DNA from: Deltaproteobacteria bacterium
GTDB lineage: Bacteria; JAGRBM01; JAHCIT01
NCBI GenBank assembly: GCA_026129095.1
Contig: JAHCIT010000002.1
Span: 386,530 to 450,529, forward strand
Length of the DNA: 64,000 bases
Direction: 5' to 3'
Made by a program: the position numbers and the translations under genes. Each line of letters begins with the position of its first letter. Within the stretch, counting starts at the first letter, position 1. Below the pieces are notes generated by a model. The model searched no databases and was not told the DNA's origin. It saw only the letters and a program-made list of their open reading frames with translations. Below, in pieces: positions 18,262-29,391 of this stretch.

Positions 18262-19251
18262 ATGCCTGAAGCGATACGAAACATCGGCGTCCTGACCAGC
18301 GGCGGAGATGCCCCTGGCATGAATGCCTGCATCCGGGCAGTGGTGCGATCGGCCTCGCGCCTCCGGATCGGGGTTTTCGGGATCGAGCGCGGTTTTCAGG
18401 GTCTTATTGACCGCTCGATCAGACCGCTCGGCGACGCCGATGTGTGGAGTATCGGGGGGCTGGGCGGCAGCATCCTTGCTTCCAGCCGGTCGGACCGGTT
18501 CCGCACGCCAGAGGGCAGGAAGGAGGCCGCCGCATTTCTCCGTAGCCGCGAGATAGACGGGCTCGTCGCCATCGGCGGTGACGGCACGTTCACGGGCGCC
18601 CGGCTTCTGGAGGACGAGACCGGCATCCGCGTGATGGGTTGCACCGGCACCATCGACAACGACCTGGCAGGCACCGAGAGCACGATCGGCTTCGATACGG
18701 CCGTCAACACGGCGCTGGACGCCATCGACCGGATCCATGATACCGCCGCCGCCATGCAGCGGCTGTTCTTTGTGGAGGTCATGGGCCGCCACGCTGGTGA
18801 TATCGCCATCTATTCAGGCGTCGCCGGCGCTGCCGACGTGGTGCTTTATCCCGAGGACCGGACCCATACCCTCGACACGATCTGCGAATATGTGAACCGC
18901 GAGATGTCCCGCGGACACCGCACGATCCTGATCGTAGTGGCCGAAGGCGACGAACTGGGCGGAGCCGAATACATGAAGAACGAGGTTTCCAGGCGTACCG
19001 GCGTTCCCGCCTGGGCGACCGTGCTCGGACATATCCAGCGGGGTGGTAAACCAACCGCACGCGACCGGATCATCGCCACCCTCTCGGGCGAGGCGGCTGT
19101 CGAAGCCCTGGCCGAAGGAAAGTCCCGCATGATGGTTGGTGTCCGGGGGCTTTCACCAGTACTGGTTCCATTCGATGAGGCTCTTCTGGCCACACATCGG
19201 GTTCCCGAGGCCATGCTCCGGCTGGTCAGGCGGGCCGCCAAAGGCGGATAA
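18262..19251 (+). CDS. pfkA: ATP-dependent 6-phosphofructokinase
   Basis: IGVLTSGGDAPGMNA, GGDGT, TIDNDL and MGRHAGD PFK motifs. Length 329 aa. Confidence 0.9.
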   Translation: MPEAIRNIGVLTSGGDAPGMNACIRAVVRSASRLRIGVFGIERGFQGLIDRSIRPLGDADVWSIGGLGGSILASSRSDRFRTPEGRKEAAAFLRSREIDGLVAIGGDGTFTGARLLEDETGIRVMGCTGTIDNDLAGTESTIGFDTAVNTALDAIDRIHDTAAAMQRLFFVEVMGRHAGDIAIYSGVAGAADVVLYPEDRTHTLDTICEYVNREMSRGHRTILIVVAEGDELGGAEYMKNEVSRRTGVPAWATVLGHIQRGGKPTARDRIIATLSGEAAVEALAEGKSRMMVGVRGLSPVLVPFDEALLATHRVPEAMLRLVRRAAKGG

Positions 19252-19265
19252 TTCTCTTTATTTTC

Positions 19266-19327
19266 CGATAGTTATAATATTATTCGACAACTATCTTGAC
19301 AAATCTAACCATTTTAAACATATATAA
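19266..19327 (+). promoter_or_regulatory. AT-rich putative promoter/operator region (inverted repeat GATAGTT-N15-AACTATC, TTGACA, TATAAT hexamers)
   Basis: ~100-bp AT-rich island in a 65% GC genome. TTGACA at 19295-19300 and TATAAT at 19322-19327 are 21 nt apart, which is non-optimal. A 7-bp inverted repeat (19266-19272 / 19288-19294) abuts the -35. Confidence 0.3.
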
Positions 19328-19494
19328 TCTTGTGATGTATGTATATTTAACAGTTTGTCCGTGTCCCATCGGCGAAACCGGCAGCACCCCGCAGCCCTGT
19401 TTCGCCACCCACGCACCGGCAAGATGAGTATGAGCATCACCATGTGAATCCCTTAACTCCTCCTTCAATGGGAACGACGAGGCAACCTGAAACC

Positions 19495-19686
19495 ATGGGC
19501 ACCGAGCCTTCCAAGGAACCCCGGCTGGCAACAGACCGGGATCACACGGAAACCATCGAACGAGTCCGCCGTGCGCTGGACGGACTGAGCTACGGCTCGG
19601 TGGAAATCACCGTACACGACGGACGGGTGGTACAGATCGAACGCAAGGAAAGAGTCCGCTTCAATGCAGGCCACAGCAAGAGCTGA
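19495..19686 (+). CDS. YezD/DUF2292 family small protein
   Basis: LDGLSYGSVEITVHDGRVVQIERKERVRF matches the DUF2292 core. Start is ambiguous (GTG 19444, ATG 19468 or ATG 19495); the 63-aa form fits the family size. Confidence 0.5.
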   Translation: MGTEPSKEPRLATDRDHTETIERVRRALDGLSYGSVEITVHDGRVVQIERKERVRFNAGHSKS

Positions 19687-19802
19687 ACTGCAAGAACGCG
19701 CAAACAAAAAATAAAACTCTCCGTCATCAACGGCAGGAGAGTATCCGTAAAAACGGCCGGACCACCGGAGGCTAGCGGGTAGAAATCAGGGAACTTTCAT
19801 CA

Positions 19803-21181
19803 ATGCTAGCTTCGGCCAACAGACCCATACTCGCTGTTCTGGCGAGCATTTTCACAATCACCCAGATCCAGACCTCATTGGCCAATGAGCCCGCCGCCAC
19901 GACAGAGCGTATTGAGGCGCTGGACCAGAAGATCCGGATCATCGAGCGTCAGCGGGAGCTGGATGCAGAGAGCCAAAAAAACCTGAGGTGCATGTCACCG
20001 TTAGTGGAAAAGACGGTTTTTCGATCCGATCGACTGACGGCGATTACCGGCTACGCATCCGTGGCTACATTCAGGCCGATGCGCGCCATTTTGTGGAAGA
20101 TGACGCCAACAAGGGAGTCAGTTCGTTCCTGCTCCGAAGAGTCCGGCCCATTATCGAGGGAACAGTGGCGAAGCATATCAAATTCCGCATAATGCCCGAT
20201 TTCGCAGGCAGTCAGCTTTCCTTGCAGGACGCCTATATCGAACTGGACTACTTCAAGGCTGCGGTGCTTCGGGCCGGAAAGTTCAAGGCTCCGTTCGGAC
20301 TTGAGCGGCTTCAAAGCGCAACCGCACTGATCTTTCCAGAACGGGCCTTCCCGACAGGTCTTGCTCCAAACCGTGACATTGGTATCCAACTTGGGGGAGA
20401 TATCGCCAAAGGCGCGTTGAACTATGCCGTCGGTATCTTTAACGGCGTCACTGACGGCGGCAGTGCAGATATTGACACAAATGAGGACAAGGAGTTTACC
20501 GGCCGGGTATTCCTGTACCCATTCCGGTTAGTCGAGATCGAAGCGCTTAACGACGTGGGCGTCGGTTTCGCTGGCAGTTATGGCGACCAAAAGGGTTCCA
20601 ATACTGCGCCAGGGCTGTCGATGCAGCGCTCTCCCGGACAGCTCACCATATTCCGCTATCTGGCAGGAAATACCCCGCCGGAACCTGTTGTCGCCAATGG
20701 TACCCGCTACCGTCTTTCACCGCAGGGTTATGCCTATGTAGGCCCGGTCGGCGTATTCGGTGAATACGTCTACTCGTCACAAGAAGTTGTGACCGATTTC
20801 GGGAATCCCGCAACTCAACAACGTACATTCGGCCACCATGCCTGGCAGGCAGCGGCTTCTGTCGTACTGACCGGTGAACGTGCATCCTACCAGGGCGTGA
20901 ACCCCTCTAACCCATATGGAGCAGTTGAACTGACAGGGCGTGTTCATCAGCTCCGGATAGACAAAGACGTGTTTCCGGCATTTGCCAATCCAGTCGCCTC
21001 TATCTCCAAGGCAACGGCCTGGGGCGCAGGGCTGAACTGGTACATCAACCGCCATCTCCGGTATTCAACATCCTACGAGCAAACCTTTTTCAAAGGTGGT
21101 GAAGCAGGTGTAGCCCCAGTTCCGTTCAGCAACCGCGAGAACGAAAAAGTCTGGTTTAACCGTGTACAGGTCTCATTCTGA
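19803..21181 (+). pseudogene. OprO/OprP-family (phosphate-selective-type) porin, interrupted by a +/-1 frameshift at an A7 tract
   Basis: ORF 19803..20192 encodes a signal peptide (MLASANRPILAVLASIFTITQIQTSLA) plus a coiled coil. ORF 19988..21181 encodes the beta-barrel ending in ...VQVSF (C-terminal Phe). A single extra A in the A7 run (19975-19981) would fuse them (…ESQKKPEVHVTVSGKDGF…). Confidence 0.6.
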
Positions 21182-21219
21182 TAGCAGCCGTCGTTTTACC
21201 CTAGAAAAGGAACCCCGAA

Positions 21220-22221
21220 ATGAAACTCAGCACTCTTTATAAGACCATAGTTGCAGCCATAGCATTCTTCACCAGCAATGCGTACGCCCAGCAGGAGATC
21301 CTCAACGTCTCCTATGATCCTACGCGTGAGCTGTACCTGGAGTACAACGCCGAGTTCCAGAAATACTGGAAAAGCCAGGGGGGCGGGGACATCCGCATCC
21401 GGCAGTCGCACGGCGGCGCTGGCAAGCAGGCGCGGTCGGTCATCGATGGCCTGCAGGCCGACGTCGTGACGCTGGCGCTTTCATACGATATCGACGAGAT
21501 CGCTGCAAAGGCCAAGCTGTTTCCAGCAGACTGGCAAAAGCGGCTCCCGCACAACAGTGCGCCTTACACGTCCACCATTGTGCTCCTCGTCCGCAAGGGG
21601 AACCCCAGGCAGATCAGGGACTGGGATGATCTGGTAAAACCCGGTGTGGGTGTCATCACGCCAAATCCGAAAACTTCCGGCGGTGCACGCTGGAACTATC
21701 TGGCCGCCTGGGAGTTCGCCCGCCGCAAGTATGGAAGCGATGAAAAGGCGAAAGAGTTCGTCGCCGCCCTCTACAGGAACGTACCGGTCCTCGATTCCGG
21801 CGCCAGGGGATCGACCACGACCTTTGTCCAGCGGGGCATTGGCGATGTATTCATCTCCTGGGAAAACGAGGCGTTTCTGGCCATCCGGGAGTTCGGTGCC
21901 GACAAACTGGAGATCGTGGCGCCGAGCGTCAGTATTCTCGCCGAGCCTCCGGTAACCGTGGTAGACCGGGTGGTAGACCGGAAGGGAACCCGGAAAGTCG
22001 CGGAAGCCTACCTGAACTACCTGTATTCGGACGTGGGCCAGGATCTCGCCGGAAAACACTTCTACCGCCCCCGCAGTGAACAGGCGGCGGCCAAATACGC
22101 TCACCAGTTTGTGAAGATTCCGCTGTTTACCATCGACGAGGCGTTCGGCGGATGGCAAAAGGCGCAGAAAGACCATTTTGCCGACAACGGAACTTTCGAC
22201 CAGATATACCTCAGAAAATGA
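21220..22221 (+). CDS. sbp: sulfate/thiosulfate ABC transporter substrate-binding protein
   Basis: Signal peptide, then strong Sbp/CysP-like sequence ([13 protein letters not shown]...[27 protein letters not shown]...[17 protein letters not shown]). Confidence 0.9.
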   Translation: MKLSTLYKTIVAAIAFFTSNAYAQQEILNVSYDPTRELYLEYNAEFQKYWKSQGGGDIRIRQSHGGAGKQARSVIDGLQADVVTLALSYDIDEIAAKAKLFPADWQKRLPHNSAPYTSTIVLLVRKGNPRQIRDWDDLVKPGVGVITPNPKTSGGARWNYLAAWEFARRKYGSDEKAKEFVAALYRNVPVLDSGARGSTTTFVQRGIGDVFISWENEAFLAIREFGADKLEIVAPSVSILAEPPVTVVDRVVDRKGTRKVAEAYLNYLYSDVGQDLAGKHFYRPRSEQAAAKYAHQFVKIPLFTIDEAFGGWQKAQKDHFADNGTFDQIYLRK

Positions 22222-23057
22222 CCGCAGCCTCAACACGATGGAAAGAGCGAAGCGTGATCCCCGGATTCGGGCTCACCATGGGTTTTACGATCCTGTACTT
22301 GAGCCTGATCGTGCTCGTGCCCCTTTCGACCGTTTTCCTGAAAACCGCGACTCTCAGCTGGAATACTTTTTCCGAAACGGTCTTTTCCGAGCGGGTCATC
22401 GCATCTTACAGGCTCACTTTCAGCACGGCCCTCGGTGCGGCCCTGCTGAACGCCCTGTTCGGAACCCTGGTCGCCTGGGTTCTGGTGCGGTACGAGTTCC
22501 CCGCAAAAAAGCTGGCCGATGCGATCGTAGACCTTCCATTCGCACTTCCGACGGCGGTCGCGGGCATCTCGCTCACAGCCATCTATTCGGCAAACGGCTG
22601 GATGGGCCGGCATCTGGAACCGCTCGGTATCAAGGTCGCCTTCGCGCCACTGGGCATCATGGTCGCCCTGACCTTCATCGGCCTGCCATTCGTCGTGCGA
22701 ACCGTTCAACCGGTTCTTCAGGATCTCGACACAGAGGTGGAAGAGGCCGCCTTAAGCCTGGGAGCGAACCGGCTGCAGACGTTCTGGCGAGTGATCCTCC
22801 CGGGCCTGTGGCCGCCGATCCTCACGGGTTTTGCGCTCAGTTTCGCCCGGGCACTTGGCGAATACGGTTCCGTGGTCTTTATCTCCGGCAACATGCCGAT
22901 GAAAACCGAGATTACCGCACTTCTCATCATGACCAAGCTTGAGCAGTTCGAATACGCCGAGGCGACGGCCATAGCGATGGTCATGCTGATTGCCTCGTTC
23001 GTCATGCTGCTGGTCATCAACCTGCTTCAGTGGTGGGCCGCCAACCGGCACGCTTGA
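22218..23057 (+). CDS. cysT: sulfate ABC transporter permease CysT
   Basis: ATG 22218 overlaps the sbp stop (ATGA). Polytopic permease with ABC EAA-like loop ([19 protein letters not shown]). Confidence 0.9.
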   Translation: MTAASTRWKERSVIPGFGLTMGFTILYLSLIVLVPLSTVFLKTATLSWNTFSETVFSERVIASYRLTFSTALGAALLNALFGTLVAWVLVRYEFPAKKLADAIVDLPFALPTAVAGISLTAIYSANGWMGRHLEPLGIKVAFAPLGIMVALTFIGLPFVVRTVQPVLQDLDTEVEEAALSLGANRLQTFWRVILPGLWPPILTGFALSFARALGEYGSVVFISGNMPMKTEITALLIMTKLEQFEYAEATAIAMVMLIASFVMLLVINLLQWWAANRHA

Positions 23058-23085
23058 GGAAAGGGGAGCACAGGGTAAGCTTGTC

Positions 23086-23991
23086 ATGGCAGGAACCGTA
23101 TCACTGAAGCCCGTCATTTCCGGACACGTCCAGAGGCGGGCTGTCACGACTGAGCCACGTTGGGTGCGCTGGCTACTGACAGCTACTGCCATCGGATTTC
23201 TGCTGACGTTTCTGGTCCTTCCGCTGGTATCGGTTTTCTACGAGGCACTGGCGAAGGGACTGGAGACATACGTTGAGGCCGTCCGCGAGCCGGATACCCT
23301 GTCGGCCATACGCCTGACACTCATGGCCGCCGGCATTGCTGTGCCGCTGAACATGGTCTTCGGGCTGTCCGCCGCGTGGGCCATCACCAAGTTCGAGTTC
23401 AGGGGCAAGAACATCCTGCTGACGCTGATCGATCTGCCGTTCGCCGTCTCGCCGGTGATCGCAGGTATGATCTATGTGCTGCTGTTCGGTGCACAGGGGA
23501 TCATCGGCCCCTGGCTGATCGAGCGGGACATCCAGATCATTTTTGCTGTGCCTGGCATCGTCCTGGCCACGGTATTCGTGACGTTCCCGTTCGTGGCGCG
23601 GGAACTGATCCCGCTCATGCAGGAGCAGGGAACCGACGAAGAGGAGGCGGCCATCGTGCTCGGCGCAAACGGCTGGCAGACGTTCTGGCGCGTGACGCTT
23701 CCGAACATCAAATGGGGACTTCTGTACGGCCTGATCCTGTGCAACTCGCGGGCCATGGGCGAATTCGGTGCAGTGAGCGTCGTCTCAGGACATATCCGGG
23801 GGGAAACGAATACGATTCCGCTTCACGTCGAAATCCTTTACAACGAATACAGCTTTGCCGCATCCTTTGCCGTGGCTTCGCTGCTGGCGGTGCTGGCACT
23901 GGTGACGCTTGTGGTGAAAAGCATCGTCGAATGGCGCCATCACCAGCAGATCACCGGGAACGGGCAGGACATGCACGGGGAGGCCGCCTGA
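23086..23991 (+). CDS. cysW: sulfate ABC transporter permease CysW
   Basis: Second permease paralog with EAA loop ([19 protein letters not shown]). Its stop overlaps the cysA start. Confidence 0.9.
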   Translation: MAGTVSLKPVISGHVQRRAVTTEPRWVRWLLTATAIGFLLTFLVLPLVSVFYEALAKGLETYVEAVREPDTLSAIRLTLMAAGIAVPLNMVFGLSAAWAITKFEFRGKNILLTLIDLPFAVSPVIAGMIYVLLFGAQGIIGPWLIERDIQIIFAVPGIVLATVFVTFPFVARELIPLMQEQGTDEEEAAIVLGANGWQTFWRVTLPNIKWGLLYGLILCNSRAMGEFGAVSVVSGHIRGETNTIPLHVEILYNEYSFAASFAVASLLAVLALVTLVVKSIVEWRHHQQITGNGQDMHGEAA

Positions 23992-25061
23992 TGAGCATCG
24001 AAATCCGGAACCTGACCAAGCGCTTTGGAAACTTCGTGGCTCTGGATGACGTCTCCGTTGACGTACCCAACGGGGAACTCGTCGCCCTGCTGGGGCCTTC
24101 GGGGTCCGGAAAGACCACGCTGCTCCGTATCATTGCAGGGCTCGAGGCGGCAGATGGCGGCACGATCCACTTCCACGGCGAGGACGCCACGCAGCGCCAT
24201 GCCCGGGAACGAGGAGTCGGCTTCGTGTTCCAGCACTATGCCCTGTTCAAGCACATGACGGTCTTCGAGAACATCGCGTTCGGGCTGCGGGTGAAACCAC
24301 GCAACGAACGGCCGCCGGAAGCCCGCATCCGCGAGCGCGTGGGCAACCTGCTCGAACTGATCCAGCTCCCGTGGATTACAGACCGCTATCCTTCACAGCT
24401 TTCCGGCGGACAGCGGCAGCGCGTGGCGCTCGCCCGTGCGCTGGCCGTGGAGCCGAAGGTACTTCTGCTCGACGAGCCATTCGGCGCGCTGGATGCCAAG
24501 GTACGCAAGGAACTGCGCCGATGGCTCCGGCGGCTTCACGACGAAGTCCATGTGACCAGCGTGTTTGTCACCCATGACCAGGAAGAAGCCCTCGAGGTCG
24601 CTGACCGGGTGGTGGTGATGAACGAGGGGAAAGTCGAACAGGTGGGCGCGCCTGACGAAGTGTATGCCCATCCCGCCAATCCGTTCGTTTATAGCTTTCT
24701 CGGAAACGTCAATCTCTTCCATGGACGGTTCGAAGGTGACGCCGCCAGAATTGGCGATCTGCGAATCTCAATGACCGGTTCCGGAGGGATAGACGGTGCA
24801 GCCGCCGTCGCGTACGTGCGCCCGCACGATATCGACGTCCGGCGTCAGGCAACGTCGCCCGCTGACATTGAAGCCGTGGTGAAATACGTCCGTGCCGTGG
24901 GTCCGGTGGTGCGGCTCGAACTCGAGCGCCGTGACGGCGGGGGTCTAGTGGATGCCGAACTCTCCCATGACCGCTACCGGGAGGTCCAGGCACGCGAGGG
25001 CGATACCGTTTTCGTGGGTGTCCGGAATCCCAGGGTATTCGCCGAGGACTTTACGATCTAA
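23991..25061 (+). CDS. cysA: sulfate ABC transporter ATP-binding protein CysA
   Basis: Walker [10 protein letters not shown], signature [15 protein letters not shown], Walker B LLLDEPF. C-terminal TOBE-like domain. Confidence 0.9.
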   Translation: MSIEIRNLTKRFGNFVALDDVSVDVPNGELVALLGPSGSGKTTLLRIIAGLEAADGGTIHFHGEDATQRHARERGVGFVFQHYALFKHMTVFENIAFGLRVKPRNERPPEARIRERVGNLLELIQLPWITDRYPSQLSGGQRQRVALARALAVEPKVLLLDEPFGALDAKVRKELRRWLRRLHDEVHVTSVFVTHDQEEALEVADRVVVMNEGKVEQVGAPDEVYAHPANPFVYSFLGNVNLFHGRFEGDAARIGDLRISMTGSGGIDGAAAVAYVRPHDIDVRRQATSPADIEAVVKYVRAVGPVVRLELERRDGGGLVDAELSHDRYREVQAREGDTVFVGVRNPRVFAEDFTI

Positions 25062-25882
25062 TAGCCGCTCGCCTTGCCGTTCTGGACCACCTGCTGGTCC
25101 TGCTGCTTCTTGAGCAGTACCCCAAGATAGGGAAAGTCTTTCTCAAGGTCGCCAGGATTGAGACCACCCCGCACCAGGCACTGAAGCCAGTCGATCAGCT
25201 CGCTGGTCGAGGGTTTTTTCCGGAGATTGGCGAGATCGCGAATTTCGTAAAACCGCCTCAGGGCGGCGTCGAGGAGCTTTTTCTCAATTCCAGGATGATG
25301 AAGGCGGACGATCTCCTCCATGAGCGGCGGCTCCGGAAACGCGATATAGTGAAACACACAGCGGCGCAGGAAGGCGTCAGGGAGTTCCTTCTCGGCGTTC
25401 GATGTGATGATGACGATGGGCCTGACCTTCGCCTGGATGCGCTCGCCCGTCTCGGGAATGTCGAATGACATTTCATCGAGTTCCTGAAGGAGGTCGTTGG
25501 GGAACTCCAGCTCCGCCTTGTCAATCTCGTCAATCAGCAGGACCGACTGCTCATGGCTGGCGAACGCCTGGCCGAGCGGTCCCAGCTTGATGTACTGGCG
25601 GATGTCGCGGATATCCCGGTCCCCGAAGCGGGAATCGTTCAGCCGTGCCACCGTGTCGTAGGTGTAAAGTCCCTCGCGGGCCTTCGACGTGCTCTTGATG
25701 TTCCAGACGAAAAATGGCTTTCCAAGCGATCTGGCAACTTCATGGGCAAGCTGCGTTTTTCCCGTGCCGGGCTCACCCTTGATGAGCAGCGGGCGCCCTA
25801 GCACCACCGCCACATCCACAATGGCCGATAGCTCCGTGCTCGCCACATACCGTTCCGTACTTCCAAAAGCCGGTTTTTTCAT
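25058..25882 (-). CDS. MoxR-like AAA+ ATPase
   Basis: Walker A GEPGTGKT and Walker [10 protein letters not shown]; ~270-aa MoxR/CoxD architecture (AAA_3/AAA_5-like). Confidence 0.85.
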   Translation of the reverse strand: MKKPAFGSTERYVASTELSAIVDVAVVLGRPLLIKGEPGTGKTQLAHEVARSLGKPFFVWNIKSTSKAREGLYTYDTVARLNDSRFGDRDIRDIRQYIKLGPLGQAFASHEQSVLLIDEIDKAELEFPNDLLQELDEMSFDIPETGERIQAKVRPIVIITSNAEKELPDAFLRRCVFHYIAFPEPPLMEEIVRLHHPGIEKKLLDAALRRFYEIRDLANLRKKPSTSELIDWLQCLVRGGLNPGDLEKDFPYLGVLLKKQQDQQVVQNGKASGY

Positions 25883-25932
25883 AGGCCTATTCCCCTAGCA
25901 GATGAAGGGCTGGGGAAGCTACCCGGGACACG

Positions 25933-28320
25933 TTACTCCGGCCGGCGGCGTGCGGCGAAAATGGCGATAGCCATTGCCACGAGCACCGACACGGCGGATA
26001 CCGCAGCCCCGGTCAGCAGTCCGGGGGTCTGGTACCGGAACCGGACGATGGTTTCCCCAGCCTCCAGCATGACACCCTGATTCGCATGGTTGACCGGCAG
26101 GATGTCCACCGGCACTTCGGCTCCGCCGGGCAAAATCCGGTTCGCCGTCCAGCCCCGCATGTAGGTTTCACGTAATACCAAAAGTCCCGGCTCTGCCTGC
26201 CGCATGCGGATATCGTAACGCTCGGGAGACCATTCCAGGATATCACAGGCTTCCGGCACGGTTTCACGGTGGCCGTCAGCGCCAAAAGGGCCCAAGGCTA
26301 TACGGTCAAAATCCCATCCGGCGCCATGATCAGCAGCAGCGAGACGATCCACCACCTGACGTCCGTCCGGTATCTGAATCCATTCCCGGGGACATATCAC
26401 CCGCGCCGGATTTCCCCTGGACCAGAAGATGATCTGACTCCCCGCCTGAAACGCCGGCTGGAAGCTTCTGAGCCCGCTCCTGTCTTCCTGCGGATAGATC
26501 CGGGCCAAGGTTCCCTGCAGCACTTCATAGCGGTCAGACCACAGCTCCCGCGACAGTTCGACCAGACGCCTGCTGACCAGCGAATTGATGGTGTACGGAG
26601 AGCTGAACCCATAAAGCGAGCCGAACTCGTAGTGTATGGTTTCCCGGTCCTGGTGCTCGAAGGAGCGCATGGTAAAGCTGGGGCCGGGCGGAACCCCCGC
26701 AAGAACACCTGGCAGTGCAATCCGCGGCGGGACCACCGGTTTTCCGGCGGATGAATACTGCGCGAGAATATGGGCAAACTGGACCGGCACGGACCGGAAG
26801 TCTGACCGGCTCCGGGTGAAGTTCACCAGACTGGTTCCATGGGCCAGCAAGTCAGCGGCTATAACGAGAACGAGAACGCCAGCGTACCGTGGCTGCCGGG
26901 ATAAAAGGAACAGAAGCACGGCCAGTGTAACCAGCACTATTGCCCCGTGGGTGACCGAACCCCATACGACGGTTTCAACTGAAGAATCTATTGCCGGGAT
27001 CCATGCCTGAAATACCGCCAGCCAGTCCGTCAGCACGAGCACGGCGAAAAGGATCACCATCACGGCCGCCGCATATACCAGCCACCGCCGGATGCGAAGC
27101 GACGATTCCAGAACTGCCTGCAGGCCAAGCGCGGCCAGAATCGCCATGCCGAAGGTGAACCACGGAAGGGCCCGTTCGGGATTCCGGAACCGGTCCCATC
27201 CGGGAACAAACTGATAAAAAAACCTGTAAAGATCGGCCGGTGCATGGGGTCCCATGCACAGCCATCCGCCAAGCACCGTAACAGCGGCGGCGAACCAGAA
27301 AAGGGTTCTGAACCGGCGAGATACCCGCAGGCCGAGGACAGCCAGGGAAACCGATGCTGCGCCCAGATATCCACTGGCAAAATACAGGGTCCCATAGGGC
27401 GGTTCGATCAGGCGCACGGGCCAGATCGTGTTGGAATCCCCAAGATCGTGCCCCCATATTCCAGGCAGCACGAGATCCAGCCACCGGAACCAGGGACGAG
27501 CGCCGGCGCTGGCAAGTGCAAGGCTGAATCCGGACTGCCCACGGGCCGCTTCGGGAACCACCAGAGCGACCGGGAACCACTGGACCGCCGAGATGCAGAC
27601 CGCCACGACCAAGAGGCCAGTGACCAAAGCGATTGCCCGGAGCGGTCTGGAGCCATTCCAGCCGCCCCCTCCGGCGGCGGCATCCGGGCTACGCCATGTC
27701 AGGACAAAAATGGCCGCCATGCCCGCATTCAGGATAAAGGTCTGGGGATCCGCCGCCAGCATTGCCAGCGTGCCGGTTGCCACCATCAGAAGAATGGCGC
27801 CGGCAGATCGAAAGCCGGAAGCAAGAGTCCGGCTCACTCCAAGCAGGAACCAGGGCATCCATGACTGGGCAAAAAGAAACTGGCCGAGGCAGGTACCCGT
27901 CAGGAATGTCCCCGAACAGGCGAGAACAAGGGCGCCCACCAGTGAGGCCTTACGGCGAAGACCAAGCGCCAGCAGAAGACAGGCCATTCCCCAGCCGGCA
28001 ACAACCAGATGGGCGAACACCAGCAGATTGAAGGCACTGACAGAATCGGACGCGGCCAGCGTCAGCAGCTTTGGAAAGTAAAACACCCCCTGCACGGGAT
28101 CGGCGGCAAAGGGAATGCCAGCCCCGGCATACGGGTTCCACAGGGGAAACTCTCCGGCCGACATCCGGCCATGCCAATAGTGAAAATTGGGAATGAAGTT
28201 GACACCGTTGTCCCGGCTGAACAGCGACCGGCCTTCCACAAAGAACGGTCCGAACAGGATGCCGATAACGATTGCAATACACGCCAGCGGCAGCACCGAC
28301 CGTCGCAGAATGGTAGTCAT
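25933..28320 (-). CDS. large polytopic membrane protein, YfhO-like / GT-C-fold glycosyltransferase-like
   Basis: 795 aa. It has more than 12 TM helices in the first ~500 aa, followed by a ~270-aa soluble C-terminal domain and a terminal TM. Architecture resembles YfhO/ArnT-type proteins; no decisive motif. Confidence 0.55.
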   Translation of the reverse strand: MTTILRRSVLPLACIAIVIGILFGPFFVEGRSLFSRDNGVNFIPNFHYWHGRMSAGEFPLWNPYAGAGIPFAADPVQGVFYFPKLLTLAASDSVSAFNLLVFAHLVVAGWGMACLLLALGLRRKASLVGALVLACSGTFLTGTCLGQFLFAQSWMPWFLLGVSRTLASGFRSAGAILLMVATGTLAMLAADPQTFILNAGMAAIFVLTWRSPDAAAGGGGWNGSRPLRAIALVTGLLVVAVCISAVQWFPVALVVPEAARGQSGFSLALASAGARPWFRWLDLVLPGIWGHDLGDSNTIWPVRLIEPPYGTLYFASGYLGAASVSLAVLGLRVSRRFRTLFWFAAAVTVLGGWLCMGPHAPADLYRFFYQFVPGWDRFRNPERALPWFTFGMAILAALGLQAVLESSLRIRRWLVYAAAVMVILFAVLVLTDWLAVFQAWIPAIDSSVETVVWGSVTHGAIVLVTLAVLLFLLSRQPRYAGVLVLVIAADLLAHGTSLVNFTRSRSDFRSVPVQFAHILAQYSSAGKPVVPPRIALPGVLAGVPPGPSFTMRSFEHQDRETIHYEFGSLYGFSSPYTINSLVSRRLVELSRELWSDRYEVLQGTLARIYPQEDRSGLRSFQPAFQAGSQIIFWSRGNPARVICPREWIQIPDGRQVVDRLAAADHGAGWDFDRIALGPFGADGHRETVPEACDILEWSPERYDIRMRQAEPGLLVLRETYMRGWTANRILPGGAEVPVDILPVNHANQGVMLEAGETIVRFRYQTPGLLTGAAVSAVSVLVAMAIAIFAARRRPE

Positions 28321-28359
28321 GGATTCTTCCGGTGATCCCGGTGGAAAGCCAGTCAGTCT

Positions 28360-29367
28360 TTATACCCGCATCTTCACGCCGTGGTCCGTGTCATGCGTGG
28401 CGACTTCAAGAGCGGAAGCATGGGAACTCGCCAGTTCCACAATCTTCTTTCCACGTTCGGTCAGCGTCAGTTCGCAGTGGGCGATCTTGGAATTGAGACA
28501 ATGCGTAAGCGGACCCTTTGGATTGTGGTAATACAAACCGACCATATCGTCCTTGGAAGACTGCATGTAACCCTTCAGCCGGTACTCTTTTGCCTCCACG
28601 TCAAAGGTCCACCGGTTTGTCTCGATCCGGCAGCCGGGCGAAATCGTCCCCTTGAGCGAGAGCATCGGATAGTTTTTCCCCCTGTAACGGAGAAACAGAC
28701 GCGTCACCGGCGGAGTCCACAAGGGGCCAAGCTTCAGCTTTCCGGTAAAACCCTCAAAAAAAGTGTCGTCTTCGCCACTATCCCACAGCGAGCAATGGCC
28801 CCAGGCGTAAAGGTCCGTGTGCTTGCTCCCCCAGTTGTGACCCTGCATTCCTTTCCAGCCAGACACGTCGAGCCGCCGTCCGTTGGCCTCAATCCAGCCA
28901 CGGAACCGGGTGTCCGGATAGGGCGAAAGCGCTTTCGATGAGGGCACCTTCGTCTGGTAAAGTTTCTCGTTCGGAAAATGGTGAAACGTCTCCCCCACCG
29001 GATCGAAGGCGAGATCCCAGTGAATGCGGTTATCGCCGGTCTTCGCGCCGCCACGAGTAAGGCCGGTCGTAAACGTGCTGTCACCGAACCGGATACCGAC
29101 CTTGCTCCGGCCAAGCTCGCAGCTTCCGACCGGATATGACTCCTTTACAGCCACATGGTCATGCGTCTTGCCGTCAAAGACGATGGCCCAGACATCCGCC
29201 GTGGCCTTTTCAGGCCGCCCGTCGGGCTGGAAGATCGTGAACTTGAGCCACCAAGCAACCGGTTCGACGGGATGATTGCCCTTGAGGAAGTAACTCTCCA
29301 CATGTCCCGCATCGCTGGAAGGATCGTACCGGACCAGGTTGTCTATTTCGTTCTGAGTCATCGGCAT
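28360..29367 (-). CDS. hypothetical protein (soluble, Trp/His-rich; fold not recognised)
   Basis: 335-aa ORF sandwiched, same strand, between the TPR gene and the YfhO-like gene. No signal peptide seen. Confidence 0.55.
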   Translation of the reverse strand: MPMTQNEIDNLVRYDPSSDAGHVESYFLKGNHPVEPVAWWLKFTIFQPDGRPEKATADVWAIVFDGKTHDHVAVKESYPVGSCELGRSKVGIRFGDSTFTTGLTRGGAKTGDNRIHWDLAFDPVGETFHHFPNEKLYQTKVPSSKALSPYPDTRFRGWIEANGRRLDVSGWKGMQGHNWGSKHTDLYAWGHCSLWDSGEDDTFFEGFTGKLKLGPLWTPPVTRLFLRYRGKNYPMLSLKGTISPGCRIETNRWTFDVEAKEYRLKGYMQSSKDDMVGLYYHNPKGPLTHCLNSKIAHCELTLTERGKKIVELASSHASALEVATHDTDHGVKMRV

Positions 29368-29391
29368 AAGATCCCCTCCGGCGACGGCCTT

